A stretch of DNA of 64,000 nucleotides, from contig NW_026782023.1 in NCBI RefSeq assembly GCF_031769215.1, positions 372,001 to 436,000 on the forward strand, given 5' to 3'. Made by a program: the position numbers and the translations under genes. The stretch is from Ylistrum balloti (Eukaryota). This document shows positions 21,182 to 31,955 of this stretch, in pieces; within the stretch, counting starts at the first letter, position 1, and the number at the start of each line of letters is the position of its first letter. The notes below the pieces were generated by a model. The model saw only the letters and a program-made list of their open reading frames with translations, was not told the DNA's origin and ran no database searches.

Positions 21182-24100
21182 GACCTGCAGTCAAATTTGG
21201 CGACATACAAACTACAGCTTCAACAGGTAAGTTAGAGCTGTGTTCGGCCAAACAACGGCTCTTAATAGAAACATTAAATAATTTAGACATACTTTATACG
21301 GAAGAAACACCATTACTTTTCTTGTAAACGTTATAAAACAAAGAAATTCACGCGATCACATGGGAGACAAACGTTCTGTTGTCGTCCTGTTGTTTCAATA
21401 TTGCATTGTCGATCGTGAGCTGTTTACATTATGCAATGGTATCTTCTTTTAAAAAAAAACTGGATCAAATTAAAATTTCTGTGTCTTGATCTACCATGAT
21501 TTTATATACACAAGCACGACAGAAATAAGTTCAATAACTTACATAGAACGAATAAGTAAACTATCAAATTTCCTTATTGGTACCGCGTTTCCAGTTTTGA
21601 CGATATAAAATTCGAGACGTTCCGGACATATATGTTTGATGAAAATCATACAATTTATATTTCACGATTCATTGTTTACTGAACATTATATAGGATTGAC
21701 ATTATATATCGTTGTAATATGATATATTTAAATCTATATTTAAAACGATACTTGTTAACTTATTACGTTTCTAAAATAGCTGTAACTTTCAATGTGAGTC
21801 TTTTTTTAAAGCATTCCTGCTATTTTATCAGCATAATAACTATCATATCACATATTAAACATTCAATACCTGTACGTGATGGTACCTTAGTGATTATTTC
21901 ATCAAGTTGATAGATTTTTTTTTATATTGACACAAAATTAATGTTGAGGTCAATAGTTTTGCTTCAGTCAGAAAAACAAATTACACCTCCACTGGTATTA
22001 CACTGTTCACTTTTCAGTTTAGTTATTCTAGCGCTGGTTAATTGCACTAAATGAAATGTGGTTTGTGTGAAAGATATAATTTTTTTTTAATTTTAGGTGG
22101 AAGCTTCTTTAACTAATGATGCAGATAATGAAGATCTTCTTAAACTGAAAAAGGATTTACAGGTAAATTAAAAAGTTATTAACAAACAAATTATGTATGT
22201 AACAGGGTTTTTCATAAGAGCCGGTCGTCGGCCAATTTGACTGGCTACTTTGATCATTTGGCCGTCTACACCAATCCAGTTCCGTAATAATGTTCCGTAC
22301 ACGACTACACTTACACGGCAGGCCGGCCTCCTACTTTCACTACACAGCCTACTGCTAACAAAAGTATGGAAAATCCTGATGTAAATTTACTTGATCTTTG
22401 TATTTTTGAAAACTCATTCATGTTATAATCACATTGCATGAATTATCTTAAAATTGTATCTGAGAGAATAAGTTGATTTTAAGAGAAAGCTAATACATAC
22501 ACTCAAATGCTTTCGCAGGAAGTAATTGACCTGACTACTGAGTTAGTTGGCCAACAGAAAGCTATCTTAGGTGGAGCTACATTATTGGAAGCGGGGCCGA
22601 GCAGTGAGGAAACAGAGACAAAAGCAGAAAACATTCAACATGCTTGGAAATCTGGTGACATGTGTATGGCCATGTACTCGGAGGATGGCCAGTGAGTAAT
22701 TTTATATTCATTAAATTTCTTTTAGAAAGTATAAAAATCATGTATTTATCCGAATATCAGCAAACAGTTCTAAAATAAGAAACCTTTGAACATTTTAAAT
22801 CTTTGTAAACTTTTTAAACAAATGAATATTTTATGACAGGTGATGGAGTTTTAAAGTATTGTGCCTCATTTTTATTCATGTGTGTTCTTATGATTTCAGG
22901 ATTAAAATTCACTGCAATTAGCATGATTTGCTGTCAGTAAAATACACTGTATTGGCACTATCAATTTACTGTAGACAATGTAAACGTAGCATAATCCCAT
23001 ATCTCCCTAGAATGAGTCACTGGTAGCCAGTTTGATTAACTGGTGTAACTATTTGAACAGGTATTACGAAGCAACAGTAGATGAGGTGTTGGAGGATGGG
23101 ACATGCACAGTCAAGTTTAATGACTATGGAAACACAGATGTGACCGAGGTAAAGGTTTATTCTACTGTATCTTGTCACATAATAATCACTCATCCAGAAA
23201 GCAACGTTTATTTGTTCTAAGAAAATTTATAGATTTATAGCCTTTTTACTTAACTGTTTTTATGTTCCGACATTTTAGGTGAGAGATGTCAGTGTACATT
23301 CCATATCATGCTGCATTCTGTTGGGAATCAATATCATTTCTTGAGAACCTTTTAACAAATTGGCATCATGCTTATTCTATAGTACCATAACATCAAGTTC
23401 TACTCCATAATATTAAAATGGTCAGCAGTGAAAGGTCAAAAGTGGATGGAATGAGGGGATCCCAATCTTATCTTTGTGTAATTTTAGTTTTGCAAATTTA
23501 TGCTATAAGTACCAGGAAATTTGTCTGAAAACTTTGATTTTGTCTTTTGACCATGATTTATATTTAGAGGGTGATATAGTACTGGTACATTGTACGAGAT
23601 GGTGACAATAGCAATTACGTACAACATCAGGATTTGCAACCATATGTGAAGATCAGAGAGTAGTGATTCAATCCCTTTAACCTAGGAACTGTGTTCCTCA
23701 GTAAACCAAAATCACAGACTGAGCTCTGCTGTTGTAGCTGTGTCTCTTGGGCAAATATTTTTTCTTGCTTTTCACGGAGCAATAAACCTAACAAACCAAC
23801 AAATTTATATGAAGCTATTAGATTGTTTACAAACTTTTAGTAAACTTCTGTAATGTCTCATTGTTCATACTGTCAGATGTACAAAATAACCTATTGTTCG
23901 GTCTCATATATACACCTATGTCTTTACAGGTAAAGTTTTTAAAACCCACTGACGCAGAGAGACATTATGCCACTGGAGAGCCTGGGTCAACAGACACGAA
24001 AAAACCTCAGTCAAAGTAAGACAACAACAAGTTGTGAATTAAATACAGAGGATGTAGCATTTGTGTACTATTAACTTTCATGGGAACATTCATTGAATTA

Positions 24101-27100
24101 TCATTGTGAGCAGTGAACTTGTTCTTTTGAATTGGAAATGATAAGTTGCGGGATTGCTGTTCCAGAATCGCTATTGAGTGAGACTCAAATCGAAATAAAA
24201 TACACTTTGAACTTGTCTTATTCAATGAAAACAAGATCTTTAATAGACACAAACATCAGTAGGTTTATAAAGTTGACTTCATATGAATTAATTACTGAAT
24301 GGGCTAAATTTCAGAACTCTGTGATTAAAAAAGTTCTTTTGTTTTTTAGACACATTACAATAATTATAATCTTTAAATATGTTTTACAATCAAAATTAGT
24401 GATGTTCTGATTAATTGACTTCGTTGTGTATTGGTCGGTTGCGCTGATTAACTAATTAATCAACATCAATTTTTCAAGTTCAGTTGTCAGTAAAATCAAT
24501 TGTGACATTCGTGTTTCCCTCTCTTTCACTGAAAAAGTCTTCAATCTTCGATTCTATCAACAAACATTATGAAGTGATCAAGCATATGGTTGAACAAAAC
24601 TAGTTAACATCACCACTTAAGCGCTTAATACATATTATTTTCCAATACTTGTGGAACAAATCTGATGAAAGTGGTGGAGTCCTTTTTTCATGACTTTCTG
24701 GGCAAGAAGTGCAAAGTACATAACACTCTAACTTTTAGATTCTTCTTTATTTATGTTATCAATTCATCATTGCAAAAATGGAGTTGTATGTTCTCCTCAT
24801 AATCGTTAATTAGTTGATCATCGATTAATTGAGATGATCTAATGATTGATCATGAGACTGTATCCTCCCAACACTAGCATTAACTGGTAGGGTAGGTCCT
24901 TATTGTGTCAGGATGAACTTCAGAATTATCAGGTTTTTGTATTTTGTAGATAAATTCTTACTTTATGAATGAAGGAAGAAAAGTAATGCATGAGAACAAT
25001 GCCTAAATTTGATATTTCGAAAATGTTGTAAAAGAGTCAGGCATGAGGGTCTCAAAGATGCTTTTAACTTGGTAGAAAGTTTTGTCATGAATATTTCTTC
25101 CTAAAAAGAAGACTAAGGCCCAAACTCTACAATGGGTAAGATTTTTTGAGTTGGTCTGTTACAAAAAAGTAAGAATGGAAGGAAAGAGGCATTACACATA
25201 CACAAACTGTTATCCATTAAGTAAATTTTTATTCTACCATGGGGACACTGGAATAGTGTCCATCCTGTCTCCTGTGTTTTTCTTTCAAAACTTTGATCAG
25301 ACATCAGGTCCATTTTCTCAGTTTTAGCGTGCAGATTTTCAGGAGGTTCTCAGTAGTTAAATAATGGAATAAAATTAAAGACCAAGTTTTTGACAGATTT
25401 TGAACTTAACTTAAACTTCACAATTCAGGTTAAACTTCATATTTAAACTTCACATTTCAGGTTAAATTTCACATTTCGCTTCATTTTTTGTCCAAGAAAG
25501 AATGAGGTACATAATACCTCGTACGTTTATCAATATTTCTGTTTAATCTGATCTCTTGTGTCACTGTTGGTTTCCCCAGAAAGGATCTCATAGCATCACA
25601 AAGGGAATACAAGAGAAAGAAGTCTCAAAAAAAGGCCCAACGTCTCAAACAGATGGAGGAGGAAAGAGAGTCAGAGAAAAACAAATGGTTGGATTTTAAT
25701 TCCAAGGTAACCTAGCATTAGCGTGTATATATACATTTAAACTTTAGTCTATATAAAAAGTTATTCTCATACACGAGACAAGGGAATCTCACCCGCTGGT
25801 TTTTTCTGTTGCATTCAATCTGTAAGTATCTTTGCACAACATTTGTCTTTTTTGAAAAAGAGAGACAAATTAGAGGAATAGACATATTTAAAAAGGAAAA
25901 TAGTTGATTAAATTTTTATGCAATTTTGATGGATTTGTGCACGAAGAAAAAAATCATCATAGTATCAATAGGTATTCCAGATTAATTGATCTCAGTGTGC
26001 AGCTGACTTTGTAAGCACTTGACTAGATATATCAATCTTTTAGAGGGAGGAATGAACACATACATGTCAAAAATACCACAAGTCTTGGTCAAAGTATAAT
26101 TGTTGTCTTGTTTAACAAGGTGAAAATATAGTCCAAATTTTGTGCTGTTATTCCATTTTTCTCTCTCCAAGGTCAGGTATATCCTGGCTTTTTACTGGTG
26201 AGATTTTCATGTCTTGCTTCAGGGTACTCCCATATGTATATGAGGTATTAGTCTGCCTGAGTGTATTGATGGATCTGTAGTTTTGATAGTGTCTTTCTGC
26301 AGTTTATCAATGTGTTAAACCTCTAACATTGTTGAGAGTGCCCTAGGGTTGAGACTGGGATTCTCCTTATCATATCTATGATGTCTCATCAAAGATGTGA
26401 AGCATTAGGACTACAAAAACACAGGAGGAGAAAAACAATCAGTCACTTCCTTGCTGGTGAGATAGAGTAAAAATACTCTTGTTTGCATTGTAGTAATTTT
26501 TCCGAGGGTTGAAATCCCCCTATCTTACTTCCAAAGGAGGTGAAAATTTATTTTTTCTGAGGGTTGAGATCCCCCTATGTTACCTCCAGAGGAGGTGAAA
26601 GATTTTTTTTTCCCAAGTGTTGTGATCCCCCTATCTTACCTCCGGAGGAGGTGAAAGATTTTTTTTCCCAAGTGTTGTGATCCCCCTATCTTACCTCCGG
26701 AGGAGGTTAAAAATTGATTTTTACTGAGGGTTGAGATCCCCCTATGTTACCTCCAGAGGAGGTGAAAGATTTTTTTTCAAGGGTTTTGATCCCCCCATCT
26801 TACCTCCAGAGGAGGTGAAAGATTTTTTTTCCCAAGTGTTGTGATCCCCCTATCTTACCTCCGGAGGAGGTTAAAAATTGATTTTTACTGAGGGGTGAGA
26901 TCCCCCTATGTTACCTCCAGAGGAGGTGAAAGATTTTTTTTCAAGGGTTTTGATCCCCCCATCTTACCTCCAGAGGAGGTGAAAGATTTTTTTTCAAGGG
27001 TTTTGATCCCCCTATCTTACCTCCAGAGCTGGTGAAAGATTTGGTTATTCCTGAATAATAATAGATTAACAGATTCTTTCACCCTCAACCTTCCTTGGAG

Positions 27101-27681
27101 ATGAGATTAGGGGATCTCATCCCGAGAAGAAAGATGATTAGGTTAGCAAACTTACACATCTTTTCCCAAGGATTGAGATCGCCCTAACTCACCAGCAGTG
27201 GGGTAATTTTTTCTGTAACCAAGCTGGCTTTATTAGGTACTTCAAATGTGTTTTTGTTGGCTCAATGCTTCGGCGACATGATTGAATCATTGAAGTGGAG
27301 TCAGTGAATTGTTACTGTGTAATTGTCCTGACAGGGGAATCCCTCCTCGATCAACCCAAGGGACAAGGAAATCTCTCACAGGTTAAAACTATGGATTTAC
27401 CTGTCCCGGGTAAGAGAATCTATCAATCCCATATACCAAAACTGTGTCATCATATTTCTTACTTCACGCCTCATATTCACCACAAAATTAATGATTGTCT
27501 GCATTATTGATTTATTTACCTATTTTATTTTCAGACATTTTCCAAAACTAACAAAGGAAGAGTGAAAAAGAGTATATTTGCGACAACAGAACATGTGAAT
27601 GGCCGTGTTGGTGTCGGAACTTGTGGAGTGAGTGGGAGACCAATGACTTCATTTACTCAACAGGAGAAGTGGAAAAAATAG
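21173..27681 (+). CDS. SMNDC1: Survival of motor neuron-related splicing factor 30 (SPF30), 246 aa, join(21173..21226,22097..22162,22519..22691,23061..23148,23930..24015,25580..25706,27535..27681)
   Basis: MADDLQSNLATYKLQLQQVEASL...EDLLKLKKDLQEVIDLT; Tudor domain WKSGDMCMAMYSEDGQYYEATVDEV...VKFNDYGNTD; C-terminus NKWLDFNSK...KSIFAT...GRVGVGTCG. 741 nt in frame, all GT-AG. Confidence 0.97.
22203..22378. mobile_element. MITE with CAGGG-type termini and a 6-bp flanking direct repeat (ATGTAA), SMNDC1 intron 2
   Basis: Left end CAGGGTTTTT, right end GAAAATCCTG; ATGTAA is immediately adjacent on both sides. Confidence 0.65.
23640..23760 (+). mobile_element. Degraded tRNA-derived SINE fragment
   Basis: B-box-like GATTCAATCCC followed by CTGTGTCTCTTGGGCAA, resembling the GTGTCCTTGGGCAAG SINE core. 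Confidence 0.3.
24397..24841. mobile_element. Degenerate hAT-like MITE with GATTAATTG/CGATTAAT subterminal motifs
   Basis: Left TAGTGATG...GATTAACTAATTAAT matches the reverse complement of right GTTAATTAGTTGATC...GATGATCTA (13 of 15 in the core). No TSD. Confidence 0.35.
26495..27200. repeat. ~55-bp minisatellite, ~10 units, each with an ACCTCC-AGA-GGAGGT stem-loop, plus one inverted copy (~27075-27135); SMNDC1 intron 6
   Basis: GATCCCCCTAT recurs at ~55-nt spacing. The reverse complement of 27075-27135 aligns to the unit. Confidence 0.9.
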
Positions 27682-28246
27682 AAGTATCTATGCGTAATAC
27701 TCCGCAAAAATTCAAGCGAGAGGAGTTCAGTATGAAATATGCTTCCATTAAAAGCAGGTAGCATCTCCTATCTCGCAGGTCGGAGATCAGAATGAGGCTG
27801 CTGGTGGGGAATCCCACTTGAAGCGAAGTTCAACTGGACTCTCCTGCATATATTTGACTGTTTCACAGGTTTGGCAACAGGGTTGCCAACTTTCAGATTT
27901 GATGTGCCAGATTTGAATGCATTAAAAGTATTTTATTAATACAACTAGATTAGAAGTGGCTGTATTTTAACAGCAGAACAATATAACTTCAGTACAACAG
28001 GACTGAAGTGAGCTGGAGATACAGCATGAGAACTGGACGAAAGGATGTAAAGATTGACAATTGTTAATAGATTGGTTGTCATCATTAATTCATAGTACAA
28101 CTGTAGTAAGATTGTAGTGACCTAATGGACCCTGTTATTGTGGTATGGTAGATAACACACACAATAAGTAAAATATTTTTGTATAAATTATTTAATGTGT
28201 TTAGAAATTTAGTACGCAATTATTAACTGAATACATTGTCGTAGAA

Positions 28247-28410
28247 CAGGGTTTTCCACTGGCTTGGAATTGGGCAATTTTTTGCCGCATTTGGGAAGGA
28301 AAATTGGTGAATTGAGTAGGAATTTTTTGGGAGTAAATTTGCAAAATTTCAGAAATTAAGGTAGGGGTGGGGTGGTCATTATTTCCCCAACATCATATAA
28401 AAAAACCCTC
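28247..28410. mobile_element. CAGGG-terminated MITE with internal TTGGG motifs
   Basis: CAGGGTTTT...AAAACCCTC. Length (164 bp) and motifs are similar to 35711-35877. No TSD. Confidence 0.5.
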
Positions 28411-29499
28411 AAAAACATTGTTTAAAAGTCACAAGTGATCTTTTGGTATATAATATATTTGTTTCTTTAAACTACATACATCTACACATAATAAGCAAAG
28501 AAAAGGGTCCATGCATCCAATAGTTGATGTAGAAATCTTGTTTTCCACACACAAAAAAGGAATTCTATAATTTCAAGAAAATTTCTTTGAAAGAAAAAAA
28601 TCAATGACAAGATCACTTATGAAAAAACCTTACTGAGTGCTGTACAAAATTTGAATTGAGATCTTAACCTTCTTAATATATATCACAATAACCATTATAT
28701 AAAATGACGGGTATTGATTTTAATATTTCATTTTTGATTTTTAAATGTGATAAAGTCAAAATGACAGTGAATAGAGAATAGAATAAATGATTTCTCTATT
28801 ATCTAGTAGTAATGACTTTATAATTTCACAATGGTGTTACTCTGTTGTCTTGTAAAATCCAACTCAGTGATTATTTGTATAACAGGCTTTTAAATTTCAC
28901 AAGGTACACTGTACATGTATTAGTTTTCTTCTGAAGAGAAGCTGCAATTCAAAGAAAGTGGATTTATGAAAATATATTTATCTGTTGAAGTAAAAAGTGA
29001 AAAACAGTGCAAACAAAATTACATTTTGTGAAAGTGAAAGAAATACCAGTTTGAAACACACACACAAAAAAAGAGAAAAAACAAAATAGAGTCTTGAATT
29101 CCCTGAAAAGACTGGAATTTTGAGTACAGTAATATCAAATTGAATTGTGAAATTCTGATGAGGATCACTTAACATGTCTACGAAGAAAGAAGCGGTGTAG
29201 GCAGAGGTAAATAACATGCAGTGTGATTGAATCAAATATTGATTTTAAATAGACTTTTTTTCTAATATTTTTTTGCTATCTATTTTGTTCCTTGTGTATT
29301 GGATAATACAGTCAAGTGTCTCGTAAGTTTTGAAAGAGATGTTGCTATGTGAAGAAAGCCAAGTGTAAAAACTTTTGAGGGAGGGTGTGAGTAGTATGAG
29401 AGTATCAATCTGTACATGCTTTTGAACTATGTTTTGTACAAATTAAAAATGTTGTAATACAAGATGTTCAAATTTCTTTTATGCTTTTCTGTTCCTTAA

Positions 29500-30463
29500 A
29501 GGCGCTGTCACACTCTAGCGTATAGAGTCAGCGTATGAGGAATGTACATACGCTAAAACAGGCTAGGGGTACGCTGGAATATGTTTCTAGTATGCCGGGG
29601 TATGCTAATGTACGCTGACTGCCAAACAATTTTTTGAACATGCACAAAAATTTTCAGCGTATGCTGACATATGAATTTTTCGCTCCTCATACGTTCCTCA
29701 TATGCTGAACACGCTAGAGGTACCTTGAAGGTATTTTATTCATACATCGAATACACTTCTCATATGTTGAGATTGAGTGGGTCAGGAAACCAAGTGTTAG
29801 AGGAGCTTATAATGAACGTGTGTCTGACGTGTGTCTAATGAATGGCTAACATTATGATAGTAGTTCTAACGACAGTCTAACATACTCAACTTATGCCTAA
29901 CATGTTCTGAGCGTACAGCCAACTTATCCCATGTGTTTTACATGCATATTTCCAGCGTATGTATATATCTATGTAAAATGGACTTTTATATATAACACAG
30001 ATTTAGATATAGATATATATATATATATATATATATATGTCACACAGACTTAAATATAGATATATATTTAATTTATCAATGGTACAGGAACATTGGGGTC
30101 AATGGGGTCACACAGGTGTGTGAGCACGTATGTATGACTTTATGGTTAAATTTTATAACCCCACCCCTGTGTACGCTCTTCATATGATAGGCTGACATTC
30201 CGCATACGTTTCTCATACGTCGCAGGTACGCTGATATATGTTACCCATACGTCGCTATACGTCCAACTCAAATACACATCACATCACATATGCTATGCGT
30301 GCGCTACTAGTACACTGATGGTAAGCTAGGCTCACGTTACTGTAACTGTCATTAACCAAAAATCGACCTCATACGCTGAAATGTTGTGCATATAAAGAAT
30401 TTTTCGAAATATTTGACACATTCCTCATGCGCTGGGTCTATACGCTAGAGTGTGACAGCACCT
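29500..30463. mobile_element. 964-bp non-autonomous DNA transposon with ~46-bp TIRs (PIF/Harbinger- or Kolobok-like)
   Basis: Left AGGCGCTGTCACACTCTAGCGTATAGAGTCAGCGTATGAGGAATGT versus reverse-complemented right AGGTGCTGTCACACTCTAGCGTATAGACCCAGCGCATGAGGAATGT (4 mismatches). Flanks TTAA and TTAC. Many internal ATACG/CGTAT motifs, a central (TA)n, no transposase ORF. Confidence 0.9.
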
Positions 30464-30485
30464 TTACAACACGTACATGATAAAT

Positions 30486-30845
30486 GTAACAGAGGTCATT
30501 ATTTATTTCCATACCTCTACTAGGATTTGAATACAGGGCCTCTGGTTTACTAGTCTGATGCTCAACAGATTGAGTTAAAGAGAAATTCTCTTGGCGCGAT
30601 TAGTTGTGTCCTGTCCTTTACCAGGGTTACATACTCGCCCTTCAGGAAATGACTTGTCTTCGAGTTTCCAGGGATTACAGTGATGCTGGTGACAGTAACA
30701 TCATTGATTATCAACAGGTCCCTACAAAGGCACCAATGTAACAGAGGTCACTATTTATTTCAATGCCTCTGCAAGGATTTAGACCCAGGTCCTCTGGTTT
30801 ACCTGTCTGATGCTCAAACAATGGAGCTAAAGAGAAGTTCTCTCA
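30486..30845 (-). mobile_element. Two diverged direct copies (~30486-30590 and ~30736-30845) of a tRNA-derived SINE head
   Basis: The ~105-bp copies align with each other. The minus strand reads TAGCTCCATTGTTTGAGCATCAGAC...GGGTCTAAATCC (A-box- and B-box-like). Confidence 0.55.
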
Positions 30846-31784
30846 AGCCGAGCCATATACTGCAGCTAGTGTTCTACCGGGATACATATGTATAACCGTA
30901 CAATAATGGGGATGTCTCTAAAGAATCAAAAGAACTCATAAACGACAGAATTTTCTTAAAATATTGATCCCATACAAGTTGAGTTCCATACGACATCTTA
31001 CCATATTGTTCTTAAATATTTAACTGGCAATGACTACAAAACAAAGAATGCAATACTTTCAATGAAATTATTTATTTACACACAATAAGGAAAGTAAAGA
31101 TGGTTGTTCCAGAATCAATCTATTCATGAAAATAAATGGTGGCTTTTTTTTATTACACCACACAGATAAGTAGTAAATCTAAAATGTCGCTCAACCTCCA
31201 ACACTCCCACCCTTACTCCACAATACAACACGGACACAATTATTTGTGGAATAGCACTGATGCTGAATATCCAGAGTGAAAAAAAAATATAGAAAATAAA
31301 ACAAATCTTTCACATTATGTATCTGATTATCTAATACTAATCACCACTGGCTAATGTATACGACAGTGTATTTTGGGTGGAATCCTCAGCTGTTGGACAA
31401 TATGTTTTGACATCTTAGATGTGTTGGTTGGCCAACACCTCAAAATTTCTTTATGACAACAAGCCTTTTACAATTGTGTAATTCAGATTGAATAACCCCA
31501 ACTTAGGGTTAAGTTTGCCAGCAAAGAGGTTGCACTGTCATCTGGACACTCAAAAATCTTACTCTAAAGGATTGAGATTTTTTTGTCAGCATCACACAAA
31601 AGTAATAGTTGTATATAAAATATCAAAGATATGATTTTAAATATTTATTTTCGTAAACTTGTCAGGTTGTTGCACATCCTTTTCATTTGTTATTTCTCAA
31701 CACACTTTCATCTGCAAATACACAATGTATTTAACATAAATTCTCCTCAAACGATTAAAACTCATCCTCACATGTAGATATCTG

Positions 31785-31925
31785 ACATACATCCTCCACT
31801 AATGTTCCACATACATCCTCTGGAAATGTCCCACATACATCCTCTGTAAATGTCCCACAATCATCCAATGTAAATGATCCACACATGTCATCCTATGTAA
31901 TTGTTCAACACTCATCCTTGGTAAA
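31785..31925. repeat. Degenerate ~25-bp tandem repeat in the SNRNP40 3' UTR
   Basis: CATCC...AAATG...CCAC repeated about 5 times, ~30 nt downstream of the stop codon on the minus strand. Confidence 0.7.
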
Positions 31926-31955
31926 TGTTTGACACACATACTCCATACAGCACTG

